64,000 nt of DNA from Bugula neritina. Its lineage: Eukaryota; Animalia; Bryozoa. The notes beneath the pieces are model-generated. The model did no database searches. It was not told where the DNA came from and worked only from the letters and a program-made list of their open reading frames with translations. Shown one piece after another: positions 1 to 12,589 of the stretch (its first letter is position 1; each line of letters begins with the position of its first letter). Made by a program: the position numbers and the translations under genes. The DNA lies in NCBI GenBank assembly GCA_964035545.1, contig OZ037770.1, positions 12,514,642 to 12,578,641 of the forward strand. Reading direction: 5' to 3'.

Positions 1-288
1 ACAAAAATAGGAGCTGACAGTCGACAATTCCACTCCGCATGTTTCCGGGGTACTACATTATGATCATGCAAATGCTCGACTGCTAATGACCTACGATCCA
101 GGACTCTCTCTTTATAGCTGGCCAGTTGTACGCTGGCCATCCGTTATCTTACTTATATGTTTATATTATCGTACATTTGGTATTTCTCTTCTTTCTCCTT
201 GTGGATTTTCTTGACTTATGTTATTTTTGCATTATTATACTATTTCTGTTTTTATCAGAAAGTATGGCTTTCTGCTGGGGGGGGGCGG

Positions 289-627
289 TGTAACGGGATT
301 ACGTAGCATAATAATGCATTTGTCTCCTCCTGTATTGGAATATTTATAACTATGTTCTACCAACCAATCAGAAGGACCGGAAGGCAAGGTTCCGGTCAAG
401 TGACTGTTCGCGGGTTAGTTAGCAGAAACCATGTTGTTGAGAGCAGGGGCTCGTAGTAGCTAGACGTGTTTATAATTGATTGATGTATTGTGGTTTTGAC
501 ATACTGTTATAATTATGTTTATCGAATTAAATAAAGGTTATCGTAGGCAAGCTCTGTTAGTAGTTGCTAGTTAAATTGAAACTAAATACGCAGGCAATCC
601 ACGCTTGATAATTGTGCTAAAACTCAT

Positions 628-631
<4 letters not shown>
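289..631 (+). mobile_element. 3' LTR of a Gypsy-like retrotransposon (body extends off the left edge)
   Basis: A G-rich polypurine tract lies immediately before TGTAAC at 289. The element ends ATAACA at 631 and has an internal AATAAA near 530. Confidence 0.55.

Positions 632-686
<55 letters not shown>
632..686. repeat. (AT)n microsatellite
   Basis: Pure AT dinucleotide run. Similar runs occur at ~4524-4610, ~47829-47918 and ~53785-53820. Confidence 0.95.
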
Positions 687-689
<3 letters not shown>

Positions 690-808
690 ACTGTATCGTG
701 AGATTTTTAAAAAACAGCGGATAAAAAAGTGCTCAAATTATTATGTGTATAATAATGAGCAATTATATTATTGAGGAAAAGAACAATTTGATTATATAGA
801 TGTTGTTT

Positions 809-859
809 TATTGCACTACTAATAGTTTCATGCCTCTTCGGCACTCCTCAGGCACAATA
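809..859 (-). ncRNA. Minimal type I hammerhead ribozyme (Penelope-associated)
   Basis: Minus strand reads TATTGTGC-CTGAGGA-GTGCC(GAAGA)GGCAT-GAAA-CT(ATT)AG-TA-GTGCAATA. It has the CUGANGA and GAAA core, stems I, II and III, and a GUA cleavage triplet. It lies just downstream of a GIY-YIG ORF. Confidence 0.85.
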
Positions 860-1066
860 TTGACAAATTTAAATTTTTACATTAAGAAAATCAAAATGCT
901 AAACACAAGGTAAAACGCAACGAAGACATAGCAGTGGCTGTATTGTAATATAGGTTTGTAGGTGTAAATTAATATATAAAAAAACCATAATGTAATGTAA
1001 AAACATAATTTATAGCAGATGCATGAAGTTTTTGTTGGGTGACTATTCTCTATGAATATTTGTATA

Positions 1067-1465
1067 TTATTTACTATAGTACTTAAAATATAAATAGGCT
1101 ACAGAGTTTCTAGGTTTTGTGGTTGCACAGTAAGAATTTTTTGAGTGTCGGCAGGTTGATAAGAGTTCGTTTCGCTTGTTTAAAGTACACATGTTAGGTT
1201 TGTATAAAATAAAAAAACATTCCCATAGGCATAAATTACACCTTTTGGTAGTTGTGTTGTATGGTTTTGCTTTTCTTAATATTTTCCAGCTTATGTTGTG
1301 CTTAATGTTTTTGTTAGTTAGTTGCCAAATGTGTTTGCTAAGTTCTGTTTGATTTGCTTTCTCCTTGTTTTTAAATGATGATCTGTGGTTTGCGTATCTT
1401 AGTTTGAACGGTCCTTCACTTAGGCCAATGTATGTTGCAGGCTCGTTTTCGGTAGTATATAACAT
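1067..1465 (-). mobile_element. Penelope-like element GIY-YIG endonuclease fragment
   Basis: YIGLSEGPFKLRYANHRSSF...TELSKHIW...CNLCLWE...LNKRNELLSTCRH is the typical C-terminus of a Penelope-like element. Confidence 0.85.
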
Positions 1466-1682
1466 ATAACATGCACCTACCAGTATAGTATATAATAGAC
1501 ACCTACCAGTTTACTCAATGAGGGAAATCTTGAAAATGATTCGGATTTCCAGGCCTCCAACTCTTTAGATAGTTTGTTAGGGGTGAACGGACAAGCCTCA
1601 AAAGCTTTGCTGTCGATGTATAAGGTGAGAGGCAGTAGTTTAGCATACGCTGCCAAGTTGCCGCCTCATAAACCCCTGCAAA

Positions 1683-2295
1683 CCAGAGATAGGAAAGATT
1701 AGTAAGAAAATTTTAGACCGAATAAATAACAAAATTCTCACAAACACACACCTAAACCAATGGAAAAACACCACTGATGTAATAAAATGGTTTGAAGGAA
1801 TTAACAACAAACATCAACAAACATTTATTTCATTTGACGTCATAGACTTTTACCCCTCAATTTCAAAAAACCTACTTGAAAACGCTCTAACTTTTGCATC
1901 GGAATTTGATACAATTAGCGAAGATGAAAGAGAAATAATTATACATGCCAAAAATTCACTACTCTTCAACTCTGGAAAGGCATGGGGAAAGCATAACCAC
2001 AACCTCTTCGACGTTACAATGGGAGGATACGACGGCGCAGAAACATGCGAACTAGTTGGGGCGTACATTTTAAACTCAATAACACTAAAACATGGCAAAA
2101 ACTTTGGCCTGTACAGAGATGACGGCTTAGGAGTCTCTGACAAAACACCCAGAGAAATAGAGAACATAAAAAAAGACATCTGCAAAATATTTTCTGAAAA
2201 TGGATTAAAAATAACAATTGAAGCAAATAAAAAAATTATTAACTTCTTAGACACCACACTCAACCTAAACAATAAAGCCTACACACCATACACTA
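1683..2295 (+). mobile_element. Penelope-like element reverse transcriptase fragment
   Basis: Open frame from 1683: [14 protein letters not shown]...[13 protein letters not shown]...[18 protein letters not shown]...GLYRDDGL...[10 protein letters not shown]. Confidence 0.85.
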
Positions 2296-3367
2296 AGATA
2301 CAAAGCTTGTTTATTGTTGGGATATTACATGAGCTTGGAAAGCTTGTTGAATAATTACAGCTTTACTTGTATTATCATAGCTATGTTAGCTACTTTATAC
2401 TTTTTCTACAATTATTCTGGCTACTACAAAATAGCAAACTATTATCTATAAAACCTAACATTTTTCTGTTATTCAATCACTTATCACATATCAACTATCT
2501 CTTTGATACTTTCTTTCAGTCTGACACAAGAAGCACAAGTATATAATCTTGACAACAGAACATTTATATATCATTATCAGAAATTATTAAATATTAAATT
2601 TATTATATAAGCAAACATGCTACATTAGAAAATTGTCAGAAATGAGGATACAATATAGAACATGAAACCACACCAGAATAAAATAATATCATTGTCATTA
2701 GATAAACTGCTAGATATCATCAGTTTTTTCTGTGTAGCTCACAACTCAACAGGTAGAAATTATTGGCAATAATAAAATAACTACCAAATATGTCGGTATT
2801 TTAGAAAAAATGATGCAATACATTAAAGTAAAACACAACAGAACCCACAAGCATAAGGTATAATTGGAAAACTATCCTAAGAAATGGTACTAAGTAGAAT
2901 ATATTCAGTAAACATTAATATGACAACTAAGTAAAATATGTTTAGTGATAAAAGAAATTGTTTATTAGTGATATACACCATATCTATGTACTGTATATTA
3001 GTAACATGTACTATATATAGTACATTATATATCAGTGATCAATATATAATGTACCATATATGTATATAACAGAGCATATAGAACACAGGTTTGATTAGAA
3101 ATTAAGTATTACAATTGATTATTATATCATCAATAAAACAGTCAAACCAAAATTCAGAGATGAATAAAATTTGCTAATTATCATCATACTGCTTATATAA
3201 TATGTTTAACTTTAAGGAAATTTCCAAAATTTCTACCTGCAGAGTTTGTGTGTATTATGTGAACAGCTCCAGTGACTGGGAATACATGTGACCAATCATA
3301 CGCTGTCACACACAGCATTCAGTGGCAGCTAACCACACAATACACACCCAGTGAGTTACACGGAAAT

Positions 3368-4519
3368 CTAATTGATGTAACACTTGAGGGTTCCTGTCAG
3401 AGGCGCCCCGCAGTTGAAGTAAGGACACTTAGGCTTGTAGTCCTTGTTGACGTTGGTCTTCGTCTTTTCCTCCTTGTTGCATCTGTCGCAGTAAATAACA
3501 TGACCACACGGCAAGCCAACCTGGGTCGCCTGCAACAAAGGTCAAGTACAGTTAAGAGTACAGACAGACACACACAGACAGACATAAGACAACTAGCCAC
3601 CAGGGTTGGGGTCACTTACACATGAATGTAATCAATTACAATTGTCAATTTTAATTATAATTATAATTACAGTTGAAATAAATGTAATTAATTACAATTA
3701 CAATTACATGGTAATGTAATTAATTACAATTTCACAATTACTTTTGTTCTTACAAGAGACAAATAAAAGTTATATAATCTCACTTTTGGGGTCCAACTAC
3801 CAGGGGCAATTTTGACAACGGAAACCCTTCTTTGTTCTCAACAGTAAGGAATAGGGTGATAAATACGACATTAAATTAATCTGAAATTCTTATTAAACAG
3901 TAGACCAGAGATGGGCAAATGTTTTTGAAATGGGTCCAGATCTCAAGATTTAAGACGTAAAAAGGGCCAGGTTTGTTTGTTGTAAATGCAAGGTACAATG
4001 CCACATGACCAAATGCAAAGATAAATTGCTTTTTTTCATTTTCAAGGCTGAAAGTAGAAATTATAAAAAATAAAAAAGATGACGGTTTATTAGTTTAACA
4101 ATAAGTTCTATATAGTTCACTAAGCAAGAACAAAGCAAAAAAAATGATTGGCCTACTATAATTAGTGAGAATTATAAAAGACACTTATAGTAGCTATAAT
4201 AGCAGTAATACCTAGTAAATATAGGTTCAATGTGGCTACTCGAAGCATATCTTGCAGATGCTCATTGGTGAGCTGTGTTATATTACTATTTTTTGGTATG
4301 GTTCATGCTAGAAAACATGCATTCACATTTATAAACATAACCAGATATGCTCAGATATGTCTCACTTTAGCTAGTGTAGGGTAATTTTCACTGGTTATAA
4401 CTGGTGAAGTGTAGAAGCCAACTGTTGTTGCAGCAACATCACATAATCATATTTGCAATGCTGCTACACTTATGCTTACTGAACAGTGATCATTAGTTTC
4501 AGTAGTTCTATTTATTTTG

Positions 4520-4613
<94 letters not shown>

Positions 4614-7600
4614 GGGCAATTTATTTGAATATTATTGAAATATATGTATCTTTAAATGAACTTGGATCAACTGTTTGCTACTTAGCCCATAAATAAATTC
4701 CTTTGATCTGTATTAACTTATTAATTTTGCATATTCTATACTTCTTGTTGGAAAAAATTTCATTAATAGGTATTCATTAAAAATAATGTCTATTATATTA
4801 ACTTATTACTGTTCTTTACCCCACAAAAATCTGTGAAAAGTGGGCTATTAATCCAGATACTTTATATTAGCTATTATAGCTATTAGCTATTTTTAGCAAT
4901 CGGTGTAACAGTTATATTATACATTATTACGGTACCAAAATTAAAAAATAGCGTCTAGCTGGGAAGCGCCTATCTGGGATGAAACTGTTTCAGCAACTAT
5001 ACATAGGCCAGAAGCTTCCCGAGAGTTATGTTCATGATTGGCCAGTGTTGCTTAGCACACGCATTCTTCGAATGATTAAGAAAACAATGAAATTTTAAGA
5101 ATTGCTAGCGATCGGCTGAGGGCCTGATTAAAACAGTATAGGGGGGCCTGATGTGGCCTGCTGGCCACCATTTACCCATTCCTGCAGTAGACGAGGCAGG
5201 AAAAATAAGAAATTTATAAGATTTAAAAATGTGAAGTAATTGTTACGTAATTATAAAGTAATTGTAAAATTCAATTACATTAGCAATGTAATTAATTACA
5301 ATTACATTTTTATACATCAATTACAAATTACATTCAATTACTTAAAAAAATGTGTGCGTGTGTGTTTTATTTCATCATAATATAGTGTTTTACAACTAGC
5401 ATAAGTTACAAGAGCAGACAAACAATTAGAAAAGAAACATAGTAACAAATAACAGTATATAAAAATAAAGCTGTCGGAAGTGATGATGAGGCCCAGTGCG
5501 AAATAACATGGCTAGTAGTACGCGGGCCCAATGTTGGCATAACCATACGAGGCACCACAGATCACTCAACAAAGTGGAGGTGATGCCTCAATTTCGTTTT
5601 AAATTTACCAAGTGGCTGTATAATCTTTGAAAATTTAGGCAACTTATTCCACAGTGCAGATATTACAAAATTGGAGGTGCGTTGACCAGCAAATGAGGAA
5701 TAAAATGGAACAGGAAGATATTGCAATTGATGACGAGTAGTATAGTGAGAGTGTGTCAAAAAGCTTCCTGAATAGTATATTTTATGAGCTTTAATTAGCA
5801 GTTTGTACTTGTACAACTTGTCAACTGGTAAAATGTCTGATTTCCTAAACAGGTCTTTAGAATGGTTCTTTTGAAATTTTATCACTCTATCAAGATGGAC
5901 CCTGGATGCATTTCCCCAGGATTCTATAGAGTAGCACAGCCTGGAATGTATAAGTAAATAGTATAACATAATCAAAAATTTTTTAGGAGCGAATGCATTT
6001 AAACGATAAAAAACTCCCGAAATTGGTCGAAGATTTAATAATATTTTCTGAATGTGGGATGACCAGTTTAAATTTCTATTAATTATCACACCTAAAAATT
6101 TTACTTCGTCAACTGCTGTTATTGGTTTGTCATTTATTGTTAATTTTAAATCAAATTGGAACCTATTTTGATAGTGCTTAAAAATAATGTAAGATGTTTT
6201 TTCATGATTAATTGTTAGATTATTTGTCTGGCACCATTCACATAGTCTTCTAGGATCAGAAGAGATTTTCTCATATTCATTGTTCAAATTTTTGATTTTA
6301 GAAATAAGTTAGTATCGTCAGCATATAAAATTGGTGTTAAATATTTTAAGGTTTCGCAAAGATGGTTGATATATATTAGGAACAAGGTGGGACCTAGCAC
6401 AGATCCTTGGGGTACACCGCAAGTTATAGTTTGTGTATTGGATAGTGTATTGTTTATTTTTGTGATTTGGGTTCTTTCTGTTAAATAATTATGTATCCAT
6501 TTGATAGCAGATGAGCTAAAATTATATTTTTTAAGTTTATAAATTAAAATGTTGTGGTCTATAGTATCAAATGCTTTACTGAAATCAATAAATATGCTTA
6601 GTACGGATTCACCTTTATCAAAAGATTCTAGAATTTTGTTTGTAAAGTTAGAAATTGCGTCTGATGTACCCCTGTTAGGTCTAAATCCAAACTGATTTTG
6701 AGTAAGGAGGTTATTGTTTTCTAAATGGGCCAGTATTTGTTGGTTTATTCATGTTTCCATTACTTTGCTGAAGATGGGTAAAATTGAAATAGGTCAATAA
6801 TTCCCACATTCATTGACAGAACCTTTTTTATATAATGGTGAAACTTTAGCTACCTTTAATTTTGTTGGTATTTTTCCACAATTGATAGAATGGTTAATAA
6901 TTTTACATAGTGGAGTAGTAATAATGTCTGACAAACGCTTAACAAAGTTGGCGGAGATTTGGTCAAGGCCAGAAGCTTTATTTGGCTTCATTTGCGTTAT
7001 GAGTGTTAACACGCTAGTTTCATTAACATGTTGAAGTTCAAAAGCACCATCAGTGCTGTTACTAATTTCAGAGTGAGAAAGCCGGTGATCATTGTTAGCA
7101 AATTTAGAAGCTAGACGCTTTCCAATATTACTAAAGTAAGAGTTAAATTCTTCAGCTATTTCTGTATCGCTTAAGGCTACCCGAGATGGATCTTGGGTGT
7201 AATTAATTACAACCAATTACAATTACAAATTACAATTACCCCAATCCTGCTAGCCACACACATTCACAGAAGAACATAATATTACATAAAGAGTATAATA
7301 TCGCATGATCTATATCAAAACAGTACACAAGAGAAGACAACTATAAAGAGAGTCTACTTACTGGTTCTACAATATCAGCCTTCCTGAAACACATGATACA
7401 GCTAGCAAATGGACACTTCCTGTTGTTGGATGTAGCATCTAGTAGTCCTGAGTATGCCCCATCAGTCTCTGAAGTATTAACAGAAGAGTAAATATACTGT
7501 GCTTATAGGAGAGGTCAAAGGTCAAGGGTGAATATTGACTGGTAATGAAAACTTAGGCTATCGTAAGTCTGATCTAAATACCACTTTTGAACCACTACCT

Positions 7601-10600
7601 GAACTCTATATAGTTAGAAATTTACACAGGAATAAAAAAGCTTGGAAGCTTAAACACTTACGCATCTCTCCACTGCGATATCTTCTTGCATCTTCTTCAG
7701 GCACAGAGACAGGCTGGTTGGTTAATGTACCAGCTGCACCAGCTGGCATGACAGAATAGTCCATGGAGTCATCTCCCTACAGTAGACATAGTAGTAGGTT
7801 TATTATCTGTCTTACAGGGAGAGCTTACAGATATCTAGTAGATATTATATTAGTATGTAATGTAACACAGCTGTACTGTAATATAACACAGCTGCACTGT
7901 AATATAATACAGTTGTACTGTGATATAATACAGTTGTCTTCTCTTCACATCACTGGAGGTGACATACCTCTTGGAAATGCGGATGAGGGTCATCCAGGTT
8001 ATGAATAGCATCCACAAAGTCTCTAATACTAGAGAATCTCCTGCCATTCCTTCTAACAGCCTCTTTTATCACAGTCTCACTGTGTCCCAGCTTAATCAAG
8101 AGCTCAACCATGGCTAAGAGATCAAATATTGTCAGTAACAACTCAGCGTATCATCGGTTAAGGTACTTAGGCTGTGAATGCAATTTATGTGAAAAAGACA
8201 AAAATTATTTTATGCTGGCAAATATTACAGAACCCATAAAAATTAACATCGATGCACTGAAAATATTACAATTTAAATTACGAGTATAAGGTGAATTTGA
8301 GAATTAACCTATTTAACCAGTAAATTAATGGGAGATCGTAATTACTTTGGTCTTGCTTAGCCTCCTTTTCTTTTCTCTTCTGTGATTCTGTAGATCTGTA
8401 GACACACTGTAACAAGAACCCGGATGTATAATGAGTCACTGAAATGATGAGTCACTGAAATGATGAGTCACTGAAATGCTGAGTGAAGGGTCAACTAAAA
8501 CCACTAGACTAACTAAAACTGACAGGAGAAAAGGATGAAGTGATTAGCTAGATGAGCAAACAAAGTCATTACTCTAGAGTCTAGTCAATAGCTGAACATC
8601 TACCTCAAGTAACATAGTGTTAGTGATACTATAGTGCTAGTAACATGGTACTAAAAATATCATGTTAGTAACTTTGAAATAATAACATAGTGAATAGAAT
8701 ACAAATACACTTTTAAACTTGAAAAACGAAGCAAGAAATACAAAATAAGAAGCAAGATAACTTTACTAAACCAATTTATTTAGATTATTCTATGTACAGA
8801 TAAAATTTGAAAAAAAATACCTATACTTATTTCACACAACTACGCAGGAGTATTTTATATATTCTACCAAATTTTCCAATAGCTAAATTGAATAACACTG
8901 TACACTAAAAACATTACAATATAGCATAATTCTTTTAGATTATTATTTATTACTGCTGTAGAACAAACCAGAAGAGGATCACTCTCTTAGCCCTTGATTT
9001 TAGGTCATAAAGACGGGAAAACAGCAGGTGATCACATGCAGCCAATTGACCTGCAACAAAGTTGGCGGGTGGGGTGGGGAAGAAAAACCTAAACCTACTG
9101 AGTCAACTAACAATTGAGGTTACCTTCAAGTGAGCTGGGGTTCTAGTACGAACTTCTGTGACATAATCTTCACCTTTCTGTTGCAGGAGGAAAGAACATT
9201 CTGGAAACCACCTAAAATAGAATATATTATGATGTACATTATCATTAAGTAATTGGCCACTCACAATTTACTATTGACAGTTGGCCAAAATAATGAAACT
9301 GCAGGATTAATATAACTCATATTGGTGAAATATTTGAGTGGCTGTACTTTACATAGTCCATTCAAAAGATTTATAATATAGTACATTATCAGCTAACCAA
9401 ATTGCAGTGCATAAAAACTAAATTTCAAACAAACTTATAGTTTATTTCTAAGAGTTATTTGACACGTAAATTACTAACTAAATTTCTTTTATAAGACTAC
9501 AAGTGAAATGCTCAAGCAACCAATCGGAGGGGTATAAAATTAACCAAAGAGTAATACCAATTAGCAGAACGCTATTAAGTGAAATCAACTAAACTGCCAT
9601 CACAAAAAGTTCCACAGCCCTGCCTGACTATGTTACATGATTATATACTTTTAGTACACTCACTCACTCACTACATAACTGACACTGGAGACTGTAACTG
9701 AGTAACTCACCTGGCATGCTCCTCCCACGGGACATCAGACGTCTGCCAACTCCTCAGACCACCAGAACAGTAGAAACATCTGACTTGATCTTCAAACCCA
9801 GTGAAGTAGAAACCTGAATACAATAATATACAAGTTTGTATACACTGGAGATTTCATCATAATATGATTTACTAAGATTGAACGCAGAGTAATTCTCAAT
9901 ATACCTGCTTCACAGAGTGTCCTAGCTGTTACTGGAGAGCTCGCTGGCCATCTAGCATAAGTTCTGAGACGTTTATGCTTAGGTGCGTACTGTATTGTAT
10001 CAGCTCTGTTGGTATATAAACCAAGAGGATTGAAGTCTACACAAACTACTCCATTACCATCTTTTTTCATTTCTACAAGTTCAATAAAATTTTTGGATTA
10101 TTTCAGTTTCCCTTAAAAATCCAGCGTGGTAGTAAAAGATGTTCCAATGAGATTTATAAGCCAAAGAAACATAATACTGATATTTAAAAGCAAATAATCT
10201 CCACCTACTTAATTTCTTTTCACAAATTATCCAATGAAACACTATACAACATGCTGTTCAATTCAGTGAAATGATACATTCTCAATTCACTGTAACTTCT
10301 TTTTACCCATACACACCTGGTGGTTCTCCATAGAAATTGATATTCTTCAGTTTATAGGGCTTAATAAAGTTACCCTTGTACTCTCTGTTACCACATTCCA
10401 GTCCTTTGACAAATCGGCAGAAGGTGAAGGCGCGAGCATGCTCAGTCATTGGGTTGTCGTCTCGCTCCCAGTGAGGGAGACTTCCCCGGCAGAATACACA
10501 CTGCACTCTGTCATAGTTGTCTGTACAAACAGAATAATAGAAACATTTCTAACTAAGTGAAGGCAAAGAAACCACGGAAGTTCCCCACACATTGTGAAAC

Positions 10601-12520
10601 CCACCGATACAATAAAATCCAGCTTGAGCCATCTTCACACCAGAAAGGTTATTAGTATGAGGCCAGTTAACAAGAAAAGTTCTTCTTCTTTGTCTCTCAT
10701 CCACCATCAGTGATTCTCTTTCTTCTAGAGTCAACTCTTTTAGTACATAAGTTAGAAACTCTCTTGGAGCCATTGCATCTATCAACACATTCAAATGTAG
10801 AAACATGTGGAAAATGTTTCATTCCGAGTTCAATGCCTCCGTTAAAGGTAGCTTACAAAATTCCAGCAGCATTTTTTTTTATTCAGCAAAAATGTTGGTT
10901 TTAAATCAGAAGGGATGATATCCAACTATATGCCATGGAAATAATAAGGAATATAAATGCCTAGTGGAGAATGCTGATTTGAAATTTATTTTCACCAAAA
11001 TAAAATTTGGTGTCAAAGTTTCACAGCTACTGTATGACCTGATACAAACAAATTAAAACTGAATAAAATCCCCAGCACGTTGAACTAAAACTAAAAGTGG
11101 TTGAATAAAAAAGGCTATGCATTACCAATATGATTTTTATAGAGTCGAAACTATTTTTTGTCCTATAATGCTATAATGCTGTCGAACCAATGTCAATTTT
11201 TTACAAATTGACTTTTACTATAATGTTGAATAGAATGTTTATAGAGTATGAACTCACCGAGCCTTTTCTGCAGAGCCGGAGGTAGCAGAGGATTGTGGTT
11301 ATCAGGATAGCGAGGGATCGCGTAACATAATATCTCAGTGGGTGGGGGTCTCAGATACCGAGAGCCTGATTTCACTCCCTTCAGAATTTCCTGGAGCTCA
11401 CCGGTATTGTGTGTGAGAGCAGCGCCTGCAAATAGTCATTTCATGAATTTATCGCAAATATTTTATTTCAACAGGTAGTGCAAATCCTCTTGAATTTATT
11501 TAACAGAAGGATGTACTGTCTTGTATTTATATTCATTTTCAAAACAAGAAAATTCTCTTTGATTTTACTATTACTGGTTCTAATATTTGCTGAGTTTAGT
11601 ATTGTAAAATGTCATATTAGTGGCAGTAAAATCAACTTGTCAAAATTCACTTATTCAATCAATTTCCTTGACCAGTAATCACAAATATTTCACAAGCCAT
11701 AAAACATCAAATATCAACTTTTTATAAATTGGCTACAGCCAGTTTGGTTAGTATATATCTTCAGCTTAGACATTTTTCCTATGACTTCATTCCAGCAACA
11801 TGATTTCACTTAATATTTAGCTACCCATAGACTTACCAAGTGTGGTGTTGCTATTTACTTTTATGTGACCAAATTATGCTAACAATGTTTTTCAAAAACA
11901 TTTAGACTACAATCAGGGTTTGGCTTGTGAGAAGAATAAGTTTAAAGGTGACGAATATAAGTGTGAATTTTCTTGTTTCCTGTTTGCAATCTTGTTTACA
12001 TTTGTGCAATACAATAATATAATATGAACACACTATTTCAATCGGCTTGCAACTAGAAATGATATTTTTGGACAAGTTTATTTTTTAACTCAGCAAATCT
12101 TTGCAAGTTTTCACAAGCAGATTACTTTTGCTATCTCTTGAGTTTATCAGCCAGGAAAATATTGCTGGTTTTCATAAACAGAGTAACTTACAGCCAAAGT
12201 AAATTCAAGCTATGCAGATATATAAGCTCAGACCAGCCTTGGAACTTTGAGTTATCAAAAAAAATAAAGAACAAATAATTAAACTTTTTGGTTTGGAGAA
12301 AAGTATTCTCATGTTTGATCTCCATTTGTAAAAGTGATAGGCGAAGCACACTGGCTGACTATGAAAGTTTTTATCGACATACTTAAGTTTAAGTTATCAG
12401 TTTGTGCTTGTATCTCACCAGAATTTGCACAGCCTGGCTCCATTTCAGTTGTTGTTGTTTCAAGACTTGCAACTTCCAACTTGCTACCTTCATCTACTTT
12501 CTTTTGACGCTGTACATGAT
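3368..12520 (-). CDS. Inhibitor of apoptosis protein (BIR-BIR-UBA-like-RING), multi-exon, apparently intact; 5' end uncertain
   Basis: Exons 5'->3': 12520-12419 (in-frame ATG at 12443), 11425-11258, 10778-10605, 10520-10317, 10072-9905, 9813-9711, 9211-9124, 8406-8346, 8113-7968, 7776-7662, 7468-7362, 3529-3368 (TAG). All are GT-AG with compatible phases. BIR1 is CVFC-X16-H-X6-C, BIR2 is [28 protein letters not shown], and the RING is CIMC...PCGH..YCDRC...CPYFNC. Confidence 0.88.
3906..5184 (-). mobile_element. Nested hAT deletion derivative
   Basis: TIRs CAGAGATGGGCAAAT / ATTTACCCATTCCTG with 8-bp TSD CAGTAGAC. A degenerate hAT C-terminal dimerisation motif (CE..FS.MN...LTNEHL...LR) lies at ~4230-4345 on the minus strand. 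Confidence 0.8.
4500..4980. mobile_element. MITE copy, same family as 20008-20450, inverted
   Basis: Reverse complement matches 20008-20430. It ends GGGAAGCGCCTATCTGGGAT and contains an (AT)n expansion. Confidence 0.7.
5351..7198 (-). mobile_element. 5'-truncated degenerate LINE (CR1/L2-like RT)
   Basis: Motifs KASGLDQI, AKVSPLYKKG, QFGFR, DFSKAFDTIDH, GVPQGSVLGP, YADDT and VKFLGVII, with frameshifts. The 3' end has AATAAA and a (CA)n tail at ~5351-5372. Confidence 0.9.
7855..7935. repeat. 20-bp minisatellite in an IAP intron (~4 units)
   Basis: TGTAATATAACACAGCTGTAC-type units. The same repeat is at 36137-36610 and 45980-46117. Confidence 0.9.
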
Positions 12521-12589
12521 CTACAGAATATTATACATTTATCCTATGAATATGGTGTCTAAGAATATAACCCATTAACGTCTTCAAAA

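Larger units (their letters stand above)
3601..7249. mobile_element. Non-autonomous hAT-type element in the last IAP intron (hosts nested insertions)
   Basis: TIRs CAGGGTTGGGGT / ACCCCAATCCTG with 8-bp TSD CTAGCCAC (3593-3600, 7250-7257) and AATTAC subterminal repeats. The paralogous intron at ~46710 shows the empty site. Confidence 0.9.
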
